A DNA stretch of 58,001 nucleotides, counting the filler, from Sphacelaria rigidula (taxonomy: Eukaryota): assembly GCA_964200075.2 (NCBI GenBank). It is 8 parts of 8 records of this genome, joined end to end, with 100 filler letters (N's around TTAATTAATTAA, not from the genome) between each part and the next. Parts side by side here need not be neighbours in the genome. Positions count along the whole stretch, not along the records: positions 43,578 to 50,739 come from CAXNAA020016189.1; positions 50,840 to 58,001 come from CAXNAA020016190.1; 6 more parts are not named here. The stretch is one strand, 5' to 3'. The stretch's first letter is position 1; each line of letters begins with the position of its first letter. The notes beneath the pieces were generated by a model. It was not told the origin of the DNA. It made no database searches and saw nothing but the letters and a program-made list of their open reading frames with translations. Shown in pieces: positions 46,830-58,001 of the stretch. The translations under genes were made by a program, and so were the position numbers.

Positions 46830-49800
46830 ATCAATGTCTTCGGTGGGGTTTATTTCCGAGAAACCATTCACCCCCTGAGGACTACAATAATTCGCTGGCT
46901 TAGTTCTCATGAAGCTTGGAAGTGCACTCTGACGAGGGTCAGAGGCCAGTGAGGCGGGGGATGGGCAAGGGGAGTGCTGCAACCGAGTCAATACTGGAAC
47001 CCTCTCCGATGGTGTAATTGACATCTCTCAACCCTTTGACCGCCCGGGTAGATCATCTGGTTCTTTAATGCTTTTTCAAGTGAACCATTATCTTTCAACA
47101 AACCGCCTAAGGGCGCATCCCCGATCGTCAAGGCCACCTTTTTTAGATTCGAGTTGATCAGATTACTGTAAAACACCCATGAGCCCAAACTGGTGACGAC
47201 TCCCTTACACACGGGAGGCATCGTTCGTGTGTATTCACCCTACCCTACTGCTTCATGATTCCTCCTTCTCCCCATCCCCTTCCCCGGAGATGATACCAAT
47301 GCATTCTCTTCCCGAAAACAATTAACGAGAAGGGGGTATTTACCGACGTGTTGATCATTTGCTGGCAGATGACGATGAATCCGAACGTTACCGGTGCCGA
47401 TAGAAAGCCTACAAACTACTCAAGTATTGACAGTTTTTTTTATTAGAGTTGTTAGCAATACATCGACACTCTTACTAAGTATCTCTACGATAGTCAAGGG
47501 CACCACCGTTCGTTTGTGACAGACCAAAGCTGTGACTATCACCCCTGAAGACGGCTTCTTTCCTATCCCTGGAAAATGACAGCACCATGAACCCAATCTC
47601 CACACGAGACTTCACCAATACTTCGAAGATGATTTCTGTGTAATGTTACTTGCCATGCACAAAATTTTAGACTCGTGATGAAGTCTTGAATGTAATGAAA
47701 TAGCCGAAATAAAAGCGGGGCAACACTATCCCGCAAGTTGGTCTACTTTCAAACAAAATGGTCAGGACCGGTCGGTCCAAGTGCTGAAACTTCATTCGGT
47801 GTTCGTAAAGCGGACTTTTCTTAATTCGGCCGCAATTTTTTCCTATTCCTATCAATTCGATAACGTCAACGCTATTCCCGGGTTACTTTCTTTGATAGCC
47901 CGTCTCGAATTCCCCGAACTGGTGATCTCGTATGTGCAATGGCCCCTCGGATCCGGATTCGGGGTCTCCACCGGATTTCCAGTCGGAGTACGTTTTCCCC
48001 CCGGATTCAAGATATAATTGGGCCCGCGAGACTTTGACCTTAACGACCGCGGAAGTGCCTCCACCCTGGCGATCAAAGGTTACAAGAGGTTAGGAAGGAG
48101 CTGAGGGCTCAAATCCCAGGAGATGCGGTCTTTTCGTAGTGTCTATAATTTATCATCGTTGAAAACGTGGAGACCTCAGCAGCAGAGAAAACTTGGCGAG
48201 AGTTGAAGCGGTACGTGAGTGATCATCATCCAATTCGCGGCATCAAAATGTCAGGCACCTGTTGGTAGGTCGGATTGATCCCTCGTGGCTGCATAATATT
48301 AACCCTTTTGGGACCGACCCCCCACTAACACAGGGCTGACCCTGTGTTGGTGAAATGAGTAAAAATAAGTCTTCGAGCGACTTGCCCAATCGCGGCGAGG
48401 CGAAATTGATCGGCCAGACCCGAACGACCAGCGCGGGGATTGTTGGCGAGTGTGATGCCACTGCAAAGATCGTGTGGGGGCTCTATCCCTGGCCCAGATA
48501 AGTCTTCCCAGGTTTCCAAGTGCATGGCGGTCGGAACTGGTTATATGATACTGCTTGCACTCAGTACAACGTGCCCGTGTTTCCCGGTGGGTTTTTTGGG
48601 TCACAAGTTTATACTGAAACGTAGTAATTACACTAAAACAGGGTGGACCGGAAAAACCGGGAAGGGGTGTACATGCTACACTGTGGTCATTTTCACGAGG
48701 CACTAAACACAAGTGGGCCGTGGAAAGACAAAAGGAACTACATCATAAATTCTGCTCATCCCCCTGCCGATGACTTGCAGGGTGCAGTTAACATGTATGT
48801 AGTGGGCGGGGATGAAGATTTGGTACATAGACAGTTGATCTCGGTAGCTGAGAATTGCCCGGAACGCGCAAGGGAGTATCCAGCGGCAGCTGCTGTTCCA
48901 GTCGGAAAGGCGTACTACAGTGTACTCTATTATACTGTTGTATGCATGCGCGCCGCAACGCTGATACCCTTCTGTGGTGAGCCGAACTCTCGGAGGCGTT
49001 TTGGTTTTGTACAGAACTAGTTCTAGTTTGAAGATATGGACTTGTGTACGGGTAAATCGGGATAAAGCATGATCAACGAACACTTATCCTGAGTTCAAAG
49101 ATGGAATTGTAGTATTTCAAGACTTCGCAAGTATAAATCGGGTCTCGAGCTCAAGGGGAGTTGGTACGTCCGATGTTGGAGTGTTAAAAGTAAGGAAAAA
49201 CTTGTAATCCGGATCGGAAGGTCAGAGCAGTAGTGGGATGTTCAAGGCTAGATTCAAGGAATTTGATGTGCTGTGGACAAGTGTTGGACAACAGACGAGG
49301 AAAGCTGACTGTTGAGTGTACTTTGAGACTGAAGAGTGAGTTCTTTTAGAATAACATCAAAGGTTAAGTAAGACAGAAGGGATGAGGAAGTACCGAGTTG
49401 AGGGCCGAAGGGTTTTCGGCACTCAACACCCGCAAGCTTCACTCCTTTTTACAGCTTGTTTTCATGGTTGACGGTCTTGGTTTTTGGGTGCTATTTCAAG
49501 AGCAGTTACGGGTGCTGATTTGTGTGAGGAGATACAAATTATAGTACAAATAACGAAAGAAACAAGCATAAAATCGCATTCTTGTGTTTTTGGGCACAGC
49601 GGGCCCTCCCCTCATCTTGGTTTTGACTCAACACGACATCTAGCTCCTACAAAACGGTTGAACCTACAGTTGGAGAAGTGAGCAACAGCTTCTCTCACGA
49701 CACTTCGAAGAGAAGTTGCCGCATGCAACAAAGGGGGAAATGGCGGCCCACCCTAACCACAAAGGGCTATGTGGCAAGGTGATGGGGACAAAAATATCGT

Positions 49801-50200
49801 CCAAAGCCACAAGTGGCGGGCGGCCCCCCGGTCGCCGCGTCCTGTTGGAAGCTCTCTCCACCATGACCCATAGTGCTTGCTACATCAGATGTACACCACC
49901 TGATGCGCACCCTGCACCTGAAAATAGATCGAATGAAACTTTCGGTCTTCGTCATAACCCCGTGGTTACATATGCAGATTGTCAGCAACACGCCAGTGTT
50001 TCGTGCAGGCGCCAGACACGTCATTCCTAACAGGCTCATTGGTCGTTCTGGAGGCCCGGTCCCAAAAGGGATAGTATCTTCGATTTCCCAATGCGATGAG
50101 CGGTGGAAAGCGACAGACCCTGATAAAATCGCCCACCACGACGAAGTTACCAATAGAGAGTTTCGGAATATGTTTTTTTCACCATAGAGTCAGAGTGCAG
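46830..50200 (-). mobile_element. Possible very decayed LTR-retrotransposon relic in the intron after the eIF4B-like exon
   Basis: Only weak hints, e.g. FSATEINCL at about 48830-48860 resembling the Gypsy RNase H YSxTExE motif. No intact ORF. Confidence 0.25.
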
Positions 50201-50669
50201 AGTGGAAGCTTCGAAACTTCACAATGGACGTTAAAAAGTTTAGAGTCGAAGCTGATGTGACGTGGCTTGACGTTTTTTTTTTTCGTCGCAGTAATTAGCC
50301 GCAGGTTGCCCCGCCAAATGTACGGTCGACCAGCGTCCACTTCGAAAGTGCATAGGCCGGCATAACACTGTACCGTACACTGCGGCACCGTAAGCACCAT
50401 ACGCTGCGCTTTTTCAACGCACCTGCAGTACTTCAATCCACTACGGCGCACTACAGGACACCGCAGTGCTGTGCTGCGTGGAGTAAAGTGCAGTACAGAG
50501 AGTGCAATACAGGACCCTACAACAGTGCATTGCGATGCTGTGAACTACGGTACAGCGATACCGTGCAGAGAGTCAGTTGTACAAACAGCAGTACAGACAG
50601 CACGGAAAGCAGCACTTTCAAACAACAGACCTCGGCCGCATCGCGATGATTTTTCCACTCGCCACCCAT

Positions 50670-50739
50670 GCCGGTCGCCCCGGTGGCTCAGTTGGTAACC
50701 TCGTAACCTTCTGGTGGTTGAGTTGTGGGGTTCGATTCT
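50670..50739 (+). mobile_element. tRNA-derived SINE head, cut by contig end
   Basis: GCCGGTCGCCCCGG-TGGCTCAGTTGG (A box) ... GGTTCGATTCT (B box). Same head as the 51214 and 54560 copies. Confidence 0.8.
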
Positions 50740-50941
50740 NNNNNNNNNNNNNNNNNNNNNNNNNNNNNNNNNNNNNNNNNNNNTTAATTAATTAANNNNN
50801 NNNNNNNNNNNNNNNNNNNNNNNNNNNNNNNNNNNNNNNGTGCATCTATAATCGTTAGGAGCCCCTCAACTAGACAGTATTTCGCGAAAAAAGTGTACCC
50901 CTACCGTAGCATTCTTCACAACGGGATGATTGCCGCCACTA

Positions 50942-51707
50942 CAGAGCAGACAACTCTGTAAATGAGGAACCTACAACGATGAAATGAGGTTCAAGCCCGA
51001 AACAGTGGTCTCTCCACACTTTCAGCGATGGTGCCCAATGACTTCTTTGTCGGCCTAATGGCCCTCGATCGCGTAGATAATTTTCCAGCGCATTTTACCG
51101 CTGAGCTTACAGCGCTGACCGAAACCGTCATTTCTCTGATTTTATAGGGGGGATGGCATCAGGGGAAACGGCGGTTTCGATCAGCGCTGTAAGCTCACAG
51201 AGTCGGTAAAAATTGTGTGTGTTGTCGTCCCATCTATTCTGGGCGCCGGTCTACACCTTTCGGTATACGTGGGCGCACCAGCCGGGNNNNNNNNNNGCTT
51301 TTTCTTTTTTATTTGTTTCTAGTACCCCACCTTCCTTCTGCGGTGCTTGCCTTTCTTTTTTTATCGCGAGAGGGGTTTAGCGGTCCTTTTCCCTCGTCGA
51401 CCGTCAAGTCGAATTTTGTGTACCCACGACATGGTCGCTCTTCACTGTTAAACATTGTGTGAGATGAAATCCCAGATCGCTCCGAGAGTCGAACCCACGA
51501 CCTAACCGTCAGAAGGTTTCGAGGTTACCAACTGAGCCACCAGGGCGACCGGCAAGTAAAATGCACTGGAAAAGTATCTACGCGATCGAGGGCCATTAGG
51601 CCGACGAATAAGTCATTGGGCACCGTCGCTGAAAGTGTGGGGAAATCACTGTTTCGGGCTCGAATCTCATTTCATCGTACAACCTCATTTCATAGATTTT
51701 TGCCTGT
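50942..51707. mobile_element. Long palindromic MITE-like element interrupted by a SINE
   Basis: GTCGGCCTAATGGCCCTCGATCGCGTAGATA is mirrored by TATCTACGCGATCGAGGGCCATTAGGCCGAC. Inner GAGCTTACAGCGCTGA is mirrored by TCAGCGCTGTAAGCTC. Confidence 0.8.
51214..51553 (-). mobile_element. tRNA-derived SINE, full length (small internal N gap)
   Basis: Minus strand: A box TGGCTCAGTTGG, B box GGTTCGACTCT, (CA)n tail. Flanked by GTAAAAAT and GTAAAAT, a probable TSD. Confidence 0.88.
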
Positions 51708-52313
51708 TACAGCATGGAAGTGACGTAACGACACACCATCGCTGATACCAGTGACCAATCATTCTTGGGTGTAGGCCAACAATTTTCCTGTGGTATGATG
51801 ATGCGGAATCTACAGAGATACTCGAGCTGTATCTGACCGTGTCTCTCTGACCTCGCCGCTAAATCACCCTCACAGCAACTGCAGCAGCTGGAGGTTCACT
51901 GGGCAACCTCGCAACTCTCTACAGGGTACATACACATCGAGACAGATTGCTGTACTCAGCTAAGGCCTTCCCCTCCCAACTCGTAACCTGCAGCAACTCA
52001 GTAAATCCAACAGTAGCAGGAATGCCGCGCAGTGTCCTTGTGTGTGTATGTGTGTGTGCTTGAGTGTGATTGTGATTGTCCTGAGTCTTGGCTGTGTGTG
52101 CTCGCTCCTGCTGAAAAGCGGCGCAATTCGTGCGGGACTGTCATGCACAGAGGTGGTGGGAAGATCTGGGGTGTGGTTCCATATATCATGCTCATGTGCC
52201 AAGAAAACAATTTGAGGACCATCCTCACGGGCACCAAACCATAATTTTCCTCAGAAGTTTCTTCACCTTCTAAAGAGGTAAACTAACCTCTTGACATGAA
52301 TACGCGAGTTCTG

Positions 52314-53072
52314 GGCGGGGTCTTATCAGAACTGATTATCACTTAAAAATAATCTCCTTTGGAGAAGTGGTTGCCCCCACAACGATCAGTGCTGCGTCTT
52401 ATCGACAAGCACTTTTGTCCACATCGAAGCCCAGATCTGCGCACAGGTAAAAAATGCGGCGATACTGGAAGTGGCCGTTAGTCCAATATCTCTGTACTTC
52501 TGCGGACAAGACGCAAAGAGGTAGCACAGCGACGACACACCGAGCCACGAAAACCGATGGAGAGACATCCATCACTCACGCGCATTAGCTCAAGCGCTAG
52601 CTCTTCACCATCTACACACGACAGCCTTTGTTTGACGGAAATCCATCCAGTATTGGATGGAAGGCGGCCGCGTGCGTGTCAAATAGCAACCGAAATTTGA
52701 GCGTGTGCTATGCCCACGTCTCACGCAAATCGCCAATTCTCACTGAATTTGAACCGATTCGAGCAAGGTTACGCATAGCATGCTCAGCTGATGAGCAGCA
52801 ATGAATAGAGCGGTGTGTTTTGGTTTGGGAGGACAATGCGATCCTCAGGTTCACGTTTGATTGTCTTGACTTGTCTGTCAAGACTTCGGTTACGCCCCTG
52901 ACAACGGGATTTTTTATGTTCCCGTTCGAGGTGTCACAAAATCTCGTTTGCATAAGTAATTTTTCGACACTTTTCGGAGGGGGGGGGTGTTATCGCAGCA
53001 ACCAACCATCGGTCATCTTTTACAAAAGTGATTTTTTTGAAAAGTGATGATCACTTCTGATAAGACCCCGCC
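52314..53072. mobile_element. TIR element (GGC-terminal, Harbinger-like)
   Basis: GGCGGGGTCTTATCAGAACTGATTATCACTT ... AAGTGATGATCACTTCTGATAAGACCCCGCC|TTA. Confidence 0.7.
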
Positions 53073-53340
53073 TTATGCAGCTCAATTTTGGGTCGTTTTC
53101 TTTGAAATTTTGACACGATATACCGGACGTGTGTGCGAAGACTTGATCATCTGCCCCCTATATTTTTGTTTCTTCCTCCGTGAGCTATTGGCGACTACAC
53201 ATTTCATTACAGCTTTTCGACTAAATTGTGAATAACTCACGAAAAAAAAAGTAGTACAGTAGGGGGGTCTTTGCGCATACGTGCTCTAGATGGTGTCAAA
53301 ATTTCATAGAACAAGACCCAAATGGAGCTGCATCATAAGC

Positions 53341-53583
53341 AATGGTACGGCAGGGGTGCACTCGGTGCGCGAAATCTTGTCTAGTTCAGGGGCTCCCAAC
53401 GATTCTAGATGCACAAGAGTACGGGTTAGGGCATCCCCGTTTGCAAATTGTTTCGGGATATCCCAAACAAATTGGAGTAGTGATCCTGGCGTACTCTCAC
53501 ATATTTCCATTAGTCGTGTTTTGCATGAGATAAAGGGCTCCTGAAAACACCAGAAAATATTTGTGCACCCCTACCGTAGTATC
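53341..53583. mobile_element. Family B MITE, complete copy
   Basis: AATGGTACGGCAGGGGTGCAC ... GTGCACCCCTACCGTAGTAT. Confidence 0.75.
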
Positions 53584-54559
53584 ACTCTAATCGCGTATTC
53601 ACATCCTCCCTGTCCGCGTCTTGGGCGGCCCAGCTTGTACAGATCCGTTTGTGTGACTGCCATACAGCACGGTCTCACGCCGCATTTTGCGCCGGATGTG
53701 AGGTTCAACTACACAATTGGTACAACGGTCTGCAGAAGCGCGAAACTATGCTGCCAGCTGATGAAGTCTCGCCCCAGTTTGTCATGGACAAGTTCGGCAG
53801 CCTCCAGTCAACCTCCAGCGCGTCTCCGGGTGCTCCACCACTCGAAACAGATACGCCAAGATCTGTTGCGATCGCTGAACTTTTCTCGATGGCTTGCAGT
53901 GGCAGTGGCTCTCTGGAGGGTAAATCTGAACACATATGTGCACTACCCGCACATCCCACCGGGAGGAAATTCCAACCGAGTATCACCCGTTGTCCACCAA
54001 GGTAGGTCATCAGTTGAATCGGCATCACTTTCATTCGAAAAATTCGGTGTGACCCAGATGACCCACCCTTGCTGTGGATGCTCACCACAGTGGTCTCTGG
54101 CCTGATGAAAAATCAGCCTGCGACCCCGCACCCAATGTGGGTCGGGTTCACTTATGCAATACCCCGAATTAAGCCGAAGTACCACCAGAAACGTGCCCGG
54201 GACGGAAATCTACATGTCATCGTTGCAGATGTCGTGATTATTGGCGCCATCATTTTTGTACTTCGCTTGATCCTTGCTTTGCTGTACTATTTTGCTCGTC
54301 GTGTACACCATCTTCTCTGCTATTCTAGCAACGCGCACCCCCCACGCCGCTTCGCGCTTTCTATGTTGGGTATATTGTACATCCACAAGGGGCGTACGAG
54401 ATACTACCAAGCTCCCCCGGCTCCGGCAACTCTTTCATTTCTATACAAATTACCGATGCTCACCCCGCATTCGAAAGTTTGGAACCCGTACCTCCCTAAA
54501 ATTTCGCCTGTTACTTCCCTCGCCAACCCCAGAGTTGCTGCGCCGGAGGGACAGAGAGG

Positions 54560-54915
54560 GTGTGTTGTCGTCCCATCTATTCTTGGCGCCGGTTTACACC
54601 TTTCGGTATATGTGGGCGCACCAGCCGGGGTCACACAGGAGGAAGGTCAACACAGGAGCGTTTCCTTTTTTATTTATCTTCAATACCCCACCTTCCTTCC
54701 GCGGTGCTCGCCTTTATTTTTTTTCATCACGGGAGTGGTTGAGCAATTCCTTTCCCTCGTCGACCGTTGAGTCGAATTTCGTGTACCCACGATATGGTCG
54801 CTGTCCATTATTGGGCATGGTGTGAGAAAAAATCCCAGAGCGCTCCGAGATTTGAACCCACGACCCAACCGTCAGATGGATTCGAGGTTACCAACTGAGC
54901 CACCGGGGCGACCGG
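54560..54915 (-). mobile_element. tRNA-derived SINE, full length
   Basis: Minus strand CCGGTCGCCCCGGTGGCTCAGTTGGTAACC..GGGTTCAAATCT. Body matches the other copies; ACAC tail. Confidence 0.88.
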
Positions 54916-55370
54916 TTAATAAATATAAAATAGTAAAAAAAGGTACAGCTTTTCGTATGGTAATATTATATCAGCGTTTGTCGGTCTCTCTCTTCCCTTG
55001 CTATTCCATTGAATACATGCCATCTCCGTACAGATATTGTTTCACTAAATTCTTCACGACTGACGTGTTGCTAGCAGTTCTTCCCCGGCCACTTCTTTTC
55101 TACAAGCAACCGTATCAAATAATTTGCGTAGTTCGAATCCTGTCGGCATCTTCGGCCCCGATACAGTAGTGCAGCAACAACATGTTGTGCGTGACACCAA
55201 AAACACCTCCCCACATGACACCATCAACGCCTACACATGGTTCATTTGGTGGTCGTTTCGGACATGTGTTCTTCGCACATTCATACATATAAATATCACC
55301 ACAAAAGCTCTGCGCGTCCTGTCGCGAAACGTCTGCAATGAAAACAACATCCAAAAGAAATTAAACTCCA

Positions 55371-55402
<32 letters not shown>

Positions 55403-57133
55403 CCAAAAAACAAAAATATAACAAGATTAAAAAAAAAACATGCAAACACCAATTGACATGCGAAGAATAGCAACGATGTCAATGCTGGTAACTATTATAG
55501 TCGCAAAACAAATACACCCTCCACGTGTAAGCAACTGACAATTCACCACTCTAAAAACCAGCACCTCAAAGACACACGGAAATAACACCACTCGAAGGAG
55601 AGCGGACCTAAAAAAAAGAAAAAGACGCGCCAACATTCGTGTCCCACATAGGGACAAACCATACATTCATTCGTTCATTCATTTCAACACGTCAACATTT
55701 CACATTCCAAGACCCGCGGTCAGAATATCATTTCACACCCACCACGGGATATAACAACGATCGGGGTACGGGGTCACGAGACAGCTCCAGAAAAGCAGTG
55801 AACAACGACAACATCACTTGCGTCTCACCCTAACAACACTTCCGGGCGACTTGCGTCTCGGAAGTTTTTTCCCAGAAACGGCCTCGGTGACGATGTTCGG
55901 TGGTGAAATAGGCCAGATGTATCTATCATCAAGAATTTGCCACAAAATACCAGGCACCGACTCCGACGGGGCTACTCGTTTCACGCTTGTATATTTGTAC
56001 ATCACAAGATATAAAAAAACGTTTATTCTACTTGTGATCACCCCGGGAGACGGCATACAACACTCCCAACAAGGTGGTTCTACGTGTGACCACTCCAAGA
56101 GACGGGGGAAAAACGTTCCAACATCGTCGGTAACAAAACCATCAAGAACGCCATCGATAATCACGAAAAACACAAACAAACGCAGAAGCAACGAAATATC
56201 GAGGGAAAAAAATAGAAAAAATAAACACGGCTTGTGCGATACCACAGACAGCAGTACGCGCCTGACGTTCATCTTCCCTGCCGCTCCCCATATATCTTCA
56301 TCTCGCTCCCAAACAAAACGACCATACTCGCGCTCATGAAAAGCAATGCATGCATCCATGTATATCCCAACCATTTTTCGCCCAACCATTTTCCACTTCA
56401 CCGTTTTCCACGTCACCCCACCATTTTCCAGTTTACCCACCCATTCATTCACTCCACCACTCTACACGTTGTTCTCACCTCGCTCGGCCTCTCGAGACCC
56501 TGTAGGAGCAGAGTCAAGCTTTCACCACCTTCCATGGCTACATCAAAACAACGGCTTGAAATATACCAGAAAGGGAATACAACTCACATGAAGGATACGC
56601 CAACAGCCCACCACGTCGAAGCGATTATAACCCTCAAGAACCACTTTTCCCATCTGCATTTCCCACCCGATCTCAGAATTAAGAGGTATATGACAGAGGA
56701 CCGGTAGAACTAACCATGGACCGAATCACTGTCGTGTCTCCCCTTTCCCCCTTCCCAACCTTTTTCCATATGCCCCTGCAATGATAGGACGACCAAAGAT
56801 AATACACACCAGTCAGCAGTGCGATGTCCTCTCTTCTCTCAACAACCCACGCTAGAGGGTGATGTAACCTCCCTGCTGTAAGTAACTTCTGTAAAATAAA
56901 ACAGCAAAAAAAGAAAAACTTCTAAACCGCGAACACGAGAAGCAGCACGCGGTCAGCACGCTGTTCTCGGAGCGCGGAGGATAACCCACACCCCCCCTCC
57001 TCGCCGTAGCTTGGATGCTCCGTCTCGCGTTGCAGCACAAGAAAAAATAATGATAATAATACATAGTGGCTTCGTGGATATTTTCTTCCCACCACTTTCT
57101 AGCAATCCCTATGGGCAAGAGGGAAAATTGTCG

Positions 57134-57362
57134 TCACTCCAAGGACCCAGTAACCCAGGGGTGACTGCGCAGCTCTTCAAGTGACGGTCGCTGTGATGGG
57201 TCGAACGTGAGGCAGGCCTGCATCAACTCCACGACCTCGTCCGATAGCGTCATGTTCCAGACGCTGAGTAACTCGCCAAGACGTTGCTCAACGGCCACCA
57301 CCCGGCAGCGCTGGTCTCGTGACGGCATGGCCAATTCAAACGGTGGCACTCCCGTGAGCATT
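57134..57362 (-). CDS. Ser/Thr protein kinase, last exon (subdomains IX-XI)
   Basis: ttaaacag|A MLTGVPPF..LTFDPSQRPSLEELRSHPWV..TGA. Phase 2 completes the Val codon from the previous exon. Confidence 0.92.
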
Positions 57363-57721
57363 CTGTTTAATTTAGAAAAAATATGCAAATTAGAGAACGA
57401 GGAAGGACGAGGACGGGGGTAAGCGCTGGTGAGAGGGAAGACAGGACGTTTTGATTCATGTTTCAAAGCAATGCCATTGTCGGGGAGGGATCAGATGCGT
57501 CGTTGGTGAGCAAGAAATCGGCGCCGCATTATGGAGAAAGGGAGTCAAGCTGCACGCGTCATTGAAGTCTACAGTGTCGATGTGCCCGGAGATACGCTTG
57601 CTCGTCATGTGATGGTGGAAGCTTGCCGCCAGCTGTGCTTGTGGTTTGTTGAGGCAAGGTATACAACGGATACAAGGGATAGTAAACATGCATACGGCGA
57701 AGGAAATAGATGATTACTCAC

Positions 57722-57949
57722 ACGAACAGCATCACTCCGCATGCCCAGACGTCCACGGCGAACCCGTCGAACGGTCCCGTACTCATCAAGATCTCTGGAG
57801 GCATATAGAACTGCTTCCCGCAGGGTCCTTGTGGTGGTAACGGAACGGCACGTCCGTCGGGGAACTGCGGCACTCTGAGGGCCAGGCCCATGTCTATTAT
57901 CTTTACCGTGTTGTCCTCGTCAAGCATTAGATTTTCCAGACTCACATCC
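57722..57949 (-). CDS. Ser/Thr protein kinase, penultimate exon (subdomains VIb-IX)
   Basis: cattag|(R)DVSLENLML..VKIIDMG..CGKQFYMPPE..DVWACGVMLF|gtgagt. Confidence 0.93.
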
Positions 57950-58001
57950 CTAATGAGTAAATAAGCGATCAACGGTGCACGGGGGGCAGGAGGGGGGGGG
58001 G

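Noticed and set aside
50670..50739. tRNA gene
   Set aside because: The same head is attached to a SINE body in full copies, and I could not fold a proper acceptor stem.
54069..54825. 233-aa and 183-aa ORFs
   Set aside because: They run through the SINE and have no motifs; chance open frames.
55814..56452. 212-aa and 173-aa ORFs downstream of the kinase
   Set aside because: Low-complexity sequence without motifs, more consistent with a long 3' UTR or intergenic DNA.

Overview
This is not one locus. It is eight unrelated eukaryotic contigs of 7162-7163 bp, sorted by length and joined by artificial 100-bp linkers (44 N + TTAATTAATTAA + 44 N). Contigs: 1-7163, 7264-14426, 14527-21689, 21790-28952, 29053-36215, 36316-43477, 43578-50739, 50840-58001. 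Short exons in long GT-AG introns, stramenopile-looking proteins and the transposon content suggest a brown alga or related stramenopile (inference). Host genes recovered by manual splicing: two ETF-ubiquinone oxidoreductase exons, five phase-compatible exons of a large VPS13-like protein with a canonical FFAT motif, the first exon of an eIF4B/eIF4H-like Gly/Arg-rich RNA-binding protein, and the last two exons of a Ser/Thr kinase. The rest is mostly decayed Gypsy, Copia, LINE/RTE and possibly DIRS elements, a tRNA-derived SINE (4 copies), several MITE families (some nested or palindromic) and microsatellites. I found no CRISPR array, rRNA, intact tRNA or clearly new multi-gene system. The best leads are a composite TIR element with an 8-bp target-site duplication (TSD) around cargo, the FFAT/VPS13-like gene, a microsatellite-embedded MITE and a possible ALOG/DIRS relic. 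Most six-frame ORFs supplied are spurious.
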